Part shown: positions 54,049 through 61,808 of the stretch, one piece after another | Position numbering within the stretch: position 1 is the stretch's first letter | Layout of the letters: each line of letters begins with the position of its first letter | Origin: an uncultured Solirubrobacterales bacterium | GTDB taxonomy: Bacteria > Actinomycetota > Thermoleophilia > Solirubrobacterales > 70-9 | Direction of reading: 5' to 3' | Assembly: GCA_963704545.1 (NCBI GenBank) | Contig: OY969915.1 | Location: 2,107,930 to 2,171,929 of the forward strand | DNA length: 64,000 nucleotides | The notes under the pieces: generated by a model | What the model saw: only the letters and a program-made list of their open reading frames with translations | What the model was told of the DNA's origin: nothing | The model's database searches: none | Made by a program: the position numbers and the translations under genes

Positions 54049-54522
54049 CTACTCGGCGGGCGCCATCACGCGGGTGACGGAGTCCCCCACGAAGCACGGC
54101 TTCTCGTTGCCCTCGACCTCGAGGGTGAAACGGGTCACTGCCTCGTACCAGCCGCCGCTCTTGTCGTCGATCGAGACGATCTCGGCCTTGGCGCGGACCT
54201 TGGAGTCCACCGGCACCGGGGCGGGGAAGCGGATCTTGTTCCAGCCGTAGTTGACGCCGAGGACGAAGCCGGTCGAGGAGATCAGTTGCTGGCGGAAGCC
54301 GTCGACCAGGGAGAGCGTCAGGTTGCCGTGGGCGATCGTGGTGCCAAAGGGGCTCTCGGCCTTGGCTCGCTCGACGTCGACGTGGATCCACTGGTCGTCG
54401 CCGGAGAGACCGGCGAAGGTGTCGATGTCGGCCTGGGTGACGGTGCGCCACTCGCTTGGGCCGATCTCCTGCCCAACCAGGGACTGCATCCCCTCGACTC
54501 CCTGCACCTCGACGCTTGCCAT
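54049..54522 (-). CDS. MaoC-family (R)-specific enoyl-CoA hydratase/dehydratase (hot-dog fold)
   Basis: DIDTFAGLSGDDQWIHVDVERAKAESPFGTTIAHGNL fits the MaoC family. Confidence 0.85.
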   Translation of the reverse strand: MASVEVQGVEGMQSLVGQEIGPSEWRTVTQADIDTFAGLSGDDQWIHVDVERAKAESPFGTTIAHGNLTLSLVDGFRQQLISSTGFVLGVNYGWNKIRFPAPVPVDSKVRAKAEIVSIDDKSGGWYEAVTRFTLEVEGNEKPCFVGDSVTRVMAPAE

Positions 54523-54577
54523 CGGCGGGCAGTTTAGCCGGAGGTTCCCAGCCCGACGAGCTTGGATGACAATAGGT

Positions 54578-54862
54578 CTACGCGTCGAGGTACTGGCGCA
54601 ACGCCTTGCGGATCACTGACGATGTGGACTCGTGGTCGCGTTTCGCCCGCTGGGCCAGGGCTTGACGGAGACCGGGATCGAGACGAACAGACTCGACCTT
54701 GGCTGGACCGGAGCCCATTGCTGGACGACCGCGCCGGCGACGCAGGATCTCGTCGACATCGAAACCCTCCTCGGCTTCCTTGGCCAGCTTCTCGACCAGT
54801 GCATCGGTGATCTGCACACCGCTGGCGGTCTTGCCATAGGTCCTCTTACGCGCCATCTTCAT
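54578..54862 (-). CDS. ribbon-helix-helix antitoxin, BrnA-like
   Basis: The C-terminus is VESVRLDPGLRQALAQRAKRDHESTSSVIRKALRQYL (RHH). It overlaps the upstream toxin-like gene by 17 nt. Confidence 0.6.
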   Translation of the reverse strand: MKMARKRTYGKTASGVQITDALVEKLAKEAEEGFDVDEILRRRRGRPAMGSGPAKVESVRLDPGLRQALAQRAKRDHESTSSVIRKALRQYLDA

Positions 54863-55124
54863 CCCCAGGCAACAGCGGTCGGTATTTCGGCCTCATCTTC
54901 ATCGCGTGAATCGCAACCTCTGAGTTATCACCGCGCGGAATCGTCGCCACCTCAAGCAGATCTGCGTTGCGAGCGGCTCCGATATACAGCCGGGTTCGGT
55001 TGTCGCGGTCATCGATGCTCATTGCGTGGCTCACGGCGTGCTCGATATCGGCGTCGGAAATACCGTGCTTCCGAGCCGATGGATGAATTACAAGGATTAT
55101 CGTACTACGAAATTTGGGCGTCAC
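54846..55124 (-). CDS. BrnT-like (DUF497-related) toxin candidate
   Basis: Own trim gives VTPKFRSTIILVIHPSARKHGISDADIEHAV...LLEVATIPRGDNSEVAIHAMKMRPKY. It resembles the BrnT pattern ...KHG..F.D......I.SMRPA. The GTG overlaps the hydrolase stop (GTGA). In the track it is buried in a 732-aa shadow ORF. Confidence 0.5.
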   Translation of the reverse strand: MTPKFRSTIILVIHPSARKHGISDADIEHAVSHAMSIDDRDNRTRLYIGAARNADLLEVATIPRGDNSEVAIHAMKMRPKYRPLLPGDEDGA

Positions 55125-56473
55125 GCCACCAGCCTCACTTCGAAGTTCGGCATCGCGATCGCGCTCGCACCGCCGAGTAGACCGAGAATGCGGGTCACGT
55201 AGGCCTGGGTCTCGGAATAGGCGGGGATACAGCCGCAGGCTTCGACCGGGGCTGGGCCGGCGTTGTAGGCGGCGAGGGCGAGCTGGGGGGAGCCGAACTG
55301 GCGCAGCAGGTCCGACATCAGGTGGGCCTGGGCGTCGATCGCTTCCTCGGGGTCGTAGGGATCTCGCAGACCGTAGGCCGCCGCCGTGGAGGGCATGAAC
55401 TGGGCGATGCCCTGGGCGCCGGCGGGGGAGCCCGCGTAGGGGTTGAAGTTCGACTCGGCCATCAGCTGTGCAGCAAGCAGGGCGGCGGAAACATTCCAGT
55501 GGGTGGCGGCGCGGAGGAGCGGCGCGCGGAACTCGTCCGGGACGAACGACGGCAGCCCCCCTGTCCCGGCGAGCGCGCCGTCCGCACCGCGCCCGCCGGT
55601 GGGGGACGCCGTAATCCCGACGGCGTTCCCGGCCGCCGAGCAGGGTGGCGGGCCGGTGTCGAAGCCGTAGTGCCAGGACTCCCACGAGTAGCGCTGGACG
55701 AAGCCGAAGCGGCTCGCGTTGGTCGCCAGCCAGCCGTACGCGGTTTCGGGCCCGAGGTCGAGCTCGGTGGCGCAGCGGTGCAGCGACTGCCCCGGCGGCG
55801 CGACCCAGCGCGGGTCCGGGTGGGCGGCGAAGAGCGCCGCCTGTTCGGCGTCGGAGCGAAAGCCCGAGTTGACGACGAGCGCGACGCCCGCACCCGCCGC
55901 GGCGGCGGCCATCCGGTCGAAGGCGGCGGCGACGTCGGGTCTCATTCCCTCTCCCTGCCTGACGACGAGTGGGCCGCTGTAGCCGCCACCGCTCGCCATC
56001 CTCGATGCCCCACTGAGGCCAGAGGACGGCGCGCCGGCTTCGGCCACGGCGGATGCCTCGGTGCGCGCCGGGCGGCGCCCCACATCGACATCGGCGAGCA
56101 CGACGGCCCTGGCCTGGACCGGCGCGAACGAGTCGCCGTCCGGGAACGAGACCCGCAAGTGCGCCGCGCCCACGCCGTTCGCTCGCCCGGCGAGCAGTGC
56201 TGCCGCCCGGGCACGCGCCAGATATGCGACCTTGACCAGGTGGCGCGGGTTTGGCGTGCCGTCGGGCATCCGCGGCGGCGAGAGCAGCCGCGGCAGGTCG
56301 TCGCGCATTGACCGTGCGGCCGAGATCGCCGCCAGGTCCGCCGCCCGCTGCGCTCGCCCCTTGCCGGTCACCGCCCCGGCGATCGCCACCAGCGCCAGCG
56401 CCGCCGCGATCAGGGCGAACGAACCGCCCAGCGCCAACGGCAGAGCCTGGCCGTCTTCGTTCCTCCAGCCCAT
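55121..56473 (-). CDS. TadE-like (Rv3654c-type) N-terminal domain fused to an M15 (VanY-like) peptidase and an SLT lytic transglycosylase domain
   Basis: Trimmed to MGWRNEDG. The N-terminus reads ALGGSFALIAAALALVAIAGAVTGKGRAQRAADLAAISAA. The middle has SGFRSDAEQAALF...SLHRCATELD...SWESWHY (M15). The C-terminus has AESNFNPYAGSPAGAQGIAQFMP...AAYNAG (SLT). Confidence 0.7.
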   Translation of the reverse strand: MGWRNEDGQALPLALGGSFALIAAALALVAIAGAVTGKGRAQRAADLAAISAARSMRDDLPRLLSPPRMPDGTPNPRHLVKVAYLARARAAALLAGRANGVGAAHLRVSFPDGDSFAPVQARAVVLADVDVGRRPARTEASAVAEAGAPSSGLSGASRMASGGGYSGPLVVRQGEGMRPDVAAAFDRMAAAAAGAGVALVVNSGFRSDAEQAALFAAHPDPRWVAPPGQSLHRCATELDLGPETAYGWLATNASRFGFVQRYSWESWHYGFDTGPPPCSAAGNAVGITASPTGGRGADGALAGTGGLPSFVPDEFRAPLLRAATHWNVSAALLAAQLMAESNFNPYAGSPAGAQGIAQFMPSTAAAYGLRDPYDPEEAIDAQAHLMSDLLRQFGSPQLALAAYNAGPAPVEACGCIPAYSETQAYVTRILGLLGGASAIAMPNFEVRLVA

Positions 56474-56606
56474 GCCCCGACCCTGCCGTGCCCCGGCGCA
56501 CGCGTGGTGCGCAAAATCGCGCGGAACCGAGCCGGTAACGTGACCGAACCGTCCCATGGCCCCACTCAAGCGTGGCAAGGGACCCGAGCCGAGCCGAGGA
56601 GGACCG

Positions 56607-57059
56607 ATGCCGCAGACCCGCACAGCCCGCTTCCCGAGCCCGAGGGGCCGGGTCGCCACACTCGCGATCACGGTGATCGCGCTCCTGGCGATCGCCATGC
56701 CCGCCCAGAGCGCCACGTCCAGCAAGCGCGTCGCCAAGCAGGCGCAGAACGCCACGCTCGGCAAGACGGTCCTCACGACCCTGGCGGGCCGCACTCTCTA
56801 CACCCTCAGCGCCGAGACCAAAGGCACGTTCATCTGCAAGGGCGGCTGCCTGACCGCCTGGCACCCGCTCTACGTCGCGGCCGGGGTCAAGCCGACCGGC
56901 CCGGTGAAGCTCGGCACGATCAAGCGACCCGACAACGGACGGCGCCAGGTGACCTTCCGGGGCCGGCCTCTCTACACGTTCGACGGCGACGAAAGAGCGG
57001 GCGACGCCAACGGCGAGGGCTTCAGGGACGTCGGTACCTGGCACGCGGCAGCGCCCTGA
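56607..57059 (+). CDS. secreted protein with Yx(FWY)xxD repeats (COG4315-like)
   Basis: A GAGGAGG RBS precedes ATG 56607. It has a signal peptide and two repeats, GRTLYTLSAE and GRPLYTFDGD. Confidence 0.65.
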   Translation: MPQTRTARFPSPRGRVATLAITVIALLAIAMPAQSATSSKRVAKQAQNATLGKTVLTTLAGRTLYTLSAETKGTFICKGGCLTAWHPLYVAAGVKPTGPVKLGTIKRPDNGRRQVTFRGRPLYTFDGDERAGDANGEGFRDVGTWHAAAP

Positions 57060-57069
57060 CGCTGGAGAA

Positions 57070-58065
57070 CTAGCGCGAGCGGACGGCGGCGATCGTCTGC
57101 CTCAGCGTCTCGCGCGCGTCGTAGTGCGGCATCCAGTGCAGCCTGCGGCGGGCCCGCGCGGTGTCCATCAGTACCGGCCGGCGAACCGCCTCGATCCAGG
57201 CCGCCTCGTCGGGCAGGAAGGGCATCAGGGCCACCGCCTCGGCGGCGACGCCGACGGCGAGGTGCGGCGCCGGCACCGCGTGCCAGCCGAGCGCGTGGGC
57301 AAGGTCGGTGATCGTCATCTCCCCGGGCCCGGCGAGGTTGTAGACGCCCGGCTGCCCGTGACCGATCGCGGCGGCGCAGAGGGCGGCGGCGACGTCGTCG
57401 TGGTGGACGAGCTGGAACGGGACGCCGGGGTCGGGCAGCACCGGCCGCAGCTCGGGGACCCTGCCGAGGGCCCAGCGCACGGGCCCCGGGATCCGTTGCC
57501 CGATCGCCAGCAGCGGGACCATGTCGAGCAGCAGCGTCGCCTCCGGCCCGGCGACGATGCAGGGCCGGAACACGTAGGCGTCCGTAACCGAGCCCGCCAA
57601 GGCCTCGTCCAGCACCGCCTCGACCTCGGCCTTGTGGGCAGAGTAGGGGTGGCGCGAGGTGCCCTTGACGGGGTCGTCCTCGCTGAGCAACTCGGGCATG
57701 CCGCGGCGGAAACCGTATGCCGCGACCGAGGAGGTGTAGACGAGGCGCTTGGCGCCGGCGGCCGCCGTGGCCTCGAAGACGTTGCGCGAGCCGGTCAGGT
57801 TGACCTCGCGGCTGTCGCGGTCCCCCGCCATGATCGCGAAGGCGAGGTGGACCACGACGTCGACCCCCTCGACCAGGCCTTCCACCGCCTCCCGGTCGAG
57901 CACGTCCCCGCGGCGGTATTCGGTCTTCTCCCAGCCGTGGCCGGCAAGGTCGAAGGGCCGTCGCGCCATCCCGATCACGCGGTCGACCTCAGGCGTTCGC
58001 TCGAGCGCGGCGATGAGAGGGCGGCCGATCTCCCCGGTGGGGCCGGTGACTGCGACGGTCAGCAT
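57070..58065 (-). CDS. NAD-dependent epimerase/dehydratase family protein
   Basis: The N-terminus is VAVTGPTGEIGRPL (Rossmann), and YSAHK is the catalytic YxxxK. Confidence 0.8.
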   Translation of the reverse strand: MLTVAVTGPTGEIGRPLIAALERTPEVDRVIGMARRPFDLAGHGWEKTEYRRGDVLDREAVEGLVEGVDVVVHLAFAIMAGDRDSREVNLTGSRNVFEATAAAGAKRLVYTSSVAAYGFRRGMPELLSEDDPVKGTSRHPYSAHKAEVEAVLDEALAGSVTDAYVFRPCIVAGPEATLLLDMVPLLAIGQRIPGPVRWALGRVPELRPVLPDPGVPFQLVHHDDVAAALCAAAIGHGQPGVYNLAGPGEMTITDLAHALGWHAVPAPHLAVGVAAEAVALMPFLPDEAAWIEAVRRPVLMDTARARRRLHWMPHYDARETLRQTIAAVRSR

Positions 58066-58132
58066 GCGGCGATTCTGCCGAAACGCGGGGCGTGGCGGCG
58101 CGGCGCTCGAGCGCCGACGGCGCCGGGCGTGC

Positions 58133-59338
58133 CTACCGTGCCGTGGGCTTGATCATGACCGTGGACCTGGTGACGCCGGTACCGCTGACCGTCGCCTTCA
58201 CGGTCTTGGCCTTGCCGAGCACCTTCTTGGCGGCAGCCGAGAGCTTGACCTTGAGTGTCTTCGAGGTTCCTGCGGCAAGGCTGAAGGAGGCCTTCCCGAT
58301 CTCGGTGTTCTTGAGCTTGCCGCCCACCTTGAGCTTCGCCATCAGCTTCAGGCTGCCCTTGCAGGGACCCTGGCCCTTGCACGAGAGCCTCAGTACCGCC
58401 TTGCCGCCCTGGAAGAGCGCGGCGCCGGAGACGCTCAGCTTGCCGGGAGGCGGTGTCGGAGGTTTGGTGCCGGTGCCGGATCCGCCGCCGCCCGATCCTC
58501 CTCCGCCCGAGGTCGGTGTGAGGTTGAAGGTCGCGGTGACGACGGTGTCTTCTTCAAGCGTCAGTTCGCACGGGTCCGCGGTGCAGGCTCCAGACCAGCC
58601 GGCGAACTGGGAGCCCGAACTCGCCGAGGCGACCAGCGTCAGTTCGGTCCCTTCCACGTACGCGGGAGCGCAGGTTTCGAGCGGGCCGGATTCGACTTCG
58701 CATTTGACCGTGCCCGAGCCGATTCCGGCTTTGAGGATCGTGAGTGCAGGACCGACGAGGTCGAAGGTGGCGGCGACGGTGTGGTCTTCGTCCATGGTCA
58801 GATCGCACGGAACTGAAACGCAGTCACCCGACCATCCGACGAATTCGGAGCCGGCAGCGGCTTTTTGGACCAACCTCAGTTCGGTGCCTTCAGGGTAGAA
58901 GTCGAGGCAGGCTTCGGGCCCTTCTTCGGCTTCGCATTCAACGGTGCCCGAGCCGGTGCCCGGCATTTCGATCGTGAGTTCGAATTCTTCCACCGGGACG
59001 GGTTCGAAGGTCGCGGTGACTTCATGGTCTTCGTCCATGAACAGTTCGCAGATGGCGGGACCGCAGTCGCCCGAGAAGTCGACGAATTCCCAATCGACTT
59101 CGGGTTCGGCGACCAGCGAGACTTCGGTTTCTTCGGGATATTCGTCTTCGCAGAGTTCCGCGGGCCCGAATTCCACTTCGCATTCGACCGTGCCTTCACC
59201 GACCACGTTGATCGTGAGGCTGAAGTCGGCAGCAGACGCCTGCGCAACCGGAATCAGCAGCAGGCCCGCGGCGAACAAAGCAAGCAGGGCGAGGCGCAGC
59301 CCGCCACCCGCTGGTGCTCTCCCTCCCATGCCGAACAC
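58133..59338 (-). CDS. secreted protein with three divergent InlB B-repeat-like domains and a Lys-rich C-terminal domain
   Basis: After a signal peptide there are three units of about 78 aa with G.GTVEC....GP..C...Y..GTE..L......GS.F.GWSG.C....C.L.M.ED..V.ATF. A G/S/P linker and a K-rich beta-strand-like tail follow. Confidence 0.65.
   Translation of the reverse strand: MFGMGGRAPAGGGLRLALLALFAAGLLLIPVAQASAADFSLTINVVGEGTVECEVEFGPAELCEDEYPEETEVSLVAEPEVDWEFVDFSGDCGPAICELFMDEDHEVTATFEPVPVEEFELTIEMPGTGSGTVECEAEEGPEACLDFYPEGTELRLVQKAAAGSEFVGWSGDCVSVPCDLTMDEDHTVAATFDLVGPALTILKAGIGSGTVKCEVESGPLETCAPAYVEGTELTLVASASSGSQFAGWSGACTADPCELTLEEDTVVTATFNLTPTSGGGGSGGGGSGTGTKPPTPPPGKLSVSGAALFQGGKAVLRLSCKGQGPCKGSLKLMAKLKVGGKLKNTEIGKASFSLAAGTSKTLKVKLSAAAKKVLGKAKTVKATVSGTGVTRSTVMIKPTAR
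58517..59230 (-). repeat. three tandem coding repeats of about 235 bp (InlB B-repeat-like units)
   Basis: The repeats are seen at protein level (residues about 37-114, 115-195 and 196-274). DNA identity is only partial. Confidence 0.6.
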
Positions 59339-59400
59339 AACCCGAGCTTATTACAGAAGTCGCGCTCCCAACGGAGGCAATCCGCCTTGCGATGGGCCTC

Positions 59401-59817
59401 TCAGGCGCTGACGTCGACGATCTTGACCAACCCCTCGAGCCCGCCAAGGTCTTTGGCATTCAAGGTGTACAGCGGAAGGTCGTGAGCAAGAGCGGTCGCC
59501 GCAATCATCAGATCGACAGCACGCGCACCCCTGGGCTTGCGACCCCTGGCGACCACCGTCGCGTAGACATGTCCATACGCCCGCGCGCAGGCGGGCGTGA
59601 AGTCCAGCGATTCGACACCCGCCTCGAACCGCTGCAGACGCTCCTGACGCCGCGCTCGCTCGAGATCGTCGGAGGTGGCAAGGGGTCCGGCGGTCAGCTC
59701 GGCGAGCGTCAGGGTCGAGATCGAGATCTCAGCGGGAAGTCGTCCTGGGTCGACCTGCTCGCGACCGATCACCACTGACGTATCGACCAGACCGCGCCCT
59801 TCGGGCGGGTCAACCAC
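59401..59817 (-). CDS. vapC: PIN-domain ribonuclease toxin VapC
   Basis: LVDTSVVI...(D)...TLTLAEL...DLMIAATALAHDLPLYTLNAKD fits VapC. The start was trimmed to GTG 59817, overlapping the antitoxin by 8 nt. Confidence 0.8.
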   Translation of the reverse strand: MVDPPEGRGLVDTSVVIGREQVDPGRLPAEISISTLTLAELTAGPLATSDDLERARRQERLQRFEAGVESLDFTPACARAYGHVYATVVARGRKPRGARAVDLMIAATALAHDLPLYTLNAKDLGGLEGLVKIVDVSA

Positions 59818-60064
59818 GGGGCGTAGGATCCTGATCGGCGTAGGCGTCGATATCCGTTCGGAACCGCTCGTAGTCGACCGGCGGCGAACCGGCGAAGAGG
59901 TCGAGGAAGGCCTGCCTGGGGATGAATCTGCGAGGCCTGTATGGGCGCAGCTCACCGACTGGCTTTCCGTTCCGGGTCACGATGAAGTCCTCGCCGGCGT
60001 CGAGGGCTCTCATCACCTCGCCGCTGTTGTTGCGCAGCTCTCGCTGGGTCAGTCTCCTCGTCAT
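59810..60064 (-). CDS. Phd/YefM-type antitoxin
   Basis: Trimmed to MTRRLTQRELRNNSGEVMRALDAGEDFIVTRNGKPVGELRP. Confidence 0.75.
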   Translation of the reverse strand: MTRRLTQRELRNNSGEVMRALDAGEDFIVTRNGKPVGELRPYRPRRFIPRQAFLDLFAGSPPVDYERFRTDIDAYADQDPTPRG

Positions 60065-60680
60065 CGGGCTCACTGTAGCACGCGTGCGCCGCTGAAATTT
60101 CGCTTTCCAAAAGGGAATCGACCACGGACGAGGGCAGACCACCTGGGGCGTCCACCGGCAGCGCTCCGAACAGTGCCCGGCGTGCGGGAACCCAGCCGAG
60201 CGGCCGCTTCAGCACCTTGACCCGCAGGCCACACCCCTTCAGGTCGGCGACGGCGAGGGCGGTCAGGGCGCGGCCGGAGGCGAGATCGGCGCGGAGGATC
60301 GCGCCCGTGGGATGGATGCCCTCCCCAGCCAACAGCGGCTGCAGCCAGGCGGGTGGCAGGTGGACGACGGCGACCGAGTCGCGGACCAGGGGCAGCGCCG
60401 CCCACACCGACTCGAGCGCCCCCTCCTCCGCGGGAACGGCGAGGTGGCAGGTCTGCCCTCGGGAGGCGGCCCGCAGTTGCGGCAGGTGAGCGGCGAGGCG
60501 CTCCTCGAGCTCGCGCGCGCCGGCCGAAGCGATCAGCGTCGGGCGGGGCGGGCGGCCGCCGACGTCGATCAGGAGGCCCGGCCGGTCGGGGTCCGACCCG
60601 GCGCAGGCAAGCGCAGCCGCGGCGGCCTTCGAGCCGCTCGCGTCGCCGACCGCCGTGACCAGGATCATGCGCCCGCTCAT
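59952..60680 (-). CDS. Ssd/CpaE-like ParA-fold protein with degenerate Walker A; 3' end overlaps the antitoxin gene
   Basis: ATG 60680 overlaps the TadE-like stop (ATGA). In MSGRMILVTAVGDASGSKAAAAALACAG, GDASGSKA occupies the P-loop position. The last roughly 37 codons run through the phd-type gene in another frame. Confidence 0.45.
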   Translation of the reverse strand: MSGRMILVTAVGDASGSKAAAAALACAGSDPDRPGLLIDVGGRPPRPTLIASAGARELEERLAAHLPQLRAASRGQTCHLAVPAEEGALESVWAALPLVRDSVAVVHLPPAWLQPLLAGEGIHPTGAILRADLASGRALTALAVADLKGCGLRVKVLKRPLGWVPARRALFGALPVDAPGGLPSSVVDSLLESEISAAHACYSEPDDEETDPARAAQQQRRGDESPRRRRGLHRDPERKASR

Positions 60681-61015
60681 CGTCCGGCCGGTCTCGCGAA
60701 GGCGGAGCTCGTCATTGCCAGCAGGGCCTCGAGCTGTGGCAACGGCGATGGCGGTCGCACCCGGACCTCCACCTCTCCTCCGCGCACCGTCACCTCCACG
60801 TCCTCCTCGGCCCAACCCGGCAGGGCATCCCTGGCCGCGGTCTCGGCCGGCCGCCCAGCGGCCAGCGCCAACGCCCCTGCCTCGGCGGCGCCGTCAGCCA
60901 GGGTAAGGGCGCAGCCGGCGAGGAGAAGTTGCAGCGCAATCGATCCGGCCGCCAGCAGGAGCGGGATCGCGGCGACCGCTTCGACCGTCGCCTGACCGCG
61001 CTGGCTATCCATCAC
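60677..61015 (-). CDS. TadE/TadG-like pseudopilin
   Basis: The N-terminus is RGQATVEAVAAIPLLLAAGSIALQLL, a prepilin-like motif plus a hydrophobic helix. Confidence 0.65.
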   Translation of the reverse strand: MMDSQRGQATVEAVAAIPLLLAAGSIALQLLLAGCALTLADGAAEAGALALAAGRPAETAARDALPGWAEEDVEVTVRGGEVEVRVRPPSPLPQLEALLAMTSSAFARPAGR

Positions 61016-61355
61016 CCAGCCCGCTCTTCGCCGCCACCGTCAGCCGCGGCATGCCCGGCAGCAGGCGCGGCACCGGCACGCGCACCGAGACCGTCCCGGT
61101 GTCCTCGACCCGAGCTCCGGCCCGCAGCGACGACGGCAGGGCGCTCCGCGCCGCCGCCCTCGCATCGCCCCCAACCAGCGCGGCGCGCGCCCCCGCACGC
61201 GCGGCCACGCCCGCCGACCACAGCGAGTGGCCGACGAGACCGAGCTGCGCCGCCACGAGGACCGCCAGCAGCAGAAGCGGGACCACCGCGATCAACTCGA
61301 CCGAGGCGGTCCCCTCCTCCCTGTGGCCTGCACTGCTGGCGGTCCGTGGCGACAC
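61005..61355 (-). CDS. TadE-like pseudopilin
   Basis: The N-terminus is EEGTASVELIAVVPLLLLAVLVAAQLG. Confidence 0.65.
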   Translation of the reverse strand: MSPRTASSAGHREEGTASVELIAVVPLLLLAVLVAAQLGLVGHSLWSAGVAARAGARAALVGGDARAAARSALPSSLRAGARVEDTGTVSVRVPVPRLLPGMPRLTVAAKSGLGDG

Positions 61356-61435
61356 GCCATGACCGTCGCAACCCCGGCCGCGCGCGTGGCGCGCTCAATC
61401 GCGCGGACCAGTGATTTCTCTCGCGCCCAGTGCGT

Positions 61436-61786
61436 TCAGTAGGAGTTCGCGTCGACCCAGACCCGCCAGATCGCCGCAACCGAGGCGCCGAGCAGGACGA
61501 TCCAGGCGAGCGTGCCGCCGCCGCTGGAGAAGAGCTCGTCGCTGCCGGCGATCAGCAGGGCGATCATCCCCAGCGCCCCGTAGAGCAGCGCCCGGCGACC
61601 GTCGCTCAGCGTCGCCAGCGTCAGCTGGTTCTGGCGGCTGAGCACGAACAGCGTCCAGGCGATCCCCGCCAGGAAGCCCATCGTGATCGCAGTGAGGATC
61701 GCTTCGGCGGCATTGCCGCCGGCGGGAGCGAAGGCGACCACCAGCGCCAGCAGCGCGACGATCGCGACATTGCGCACGGTACGCAC
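61436..61786 (-). CDS. hypothetical four-TM membrane protein
   Basis: The hydrophobic profile fits a membrane protein. I recognise no family. Confidence 0.5.
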   Translation of the reverse strand: MRTVRNVAIVALLALVVAFAPAGGNAAEAILTAITMGFLAGIAWTLFVLSRQNQLTLATLSDGRRALLYGALGMIALLIAGSDELFSSGGGTLAWIVLLGASVAAIWRVWVDANSY

Positions 61787-61808
61787 GGGAGGATTCTACG
61801 CGCTGGTT

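Noticed and set aside
56474-56606. A possible c-di-AMP (ydaO-type) riboswitch upstream of the cell-wall hydrolase gene, as seen for some actinobacterial wall hydrolases.
   Set aside because: The conserved ydaO sequence blocks are not recognisable on the minus strand. The spacer also has to hold the divergent promoter and RBS of the 56607 gene.
54846-57044. A 732-aa minus-strand ORF.
   Set aside because: Only its last 92 codons (the BrnT-like protein) look real. The rest is Arg/Gly/Pro-rich and overlaps, out of frame, the well-supported M15/SLT gene and the plus-strand Yx(FWY)xxD protein.
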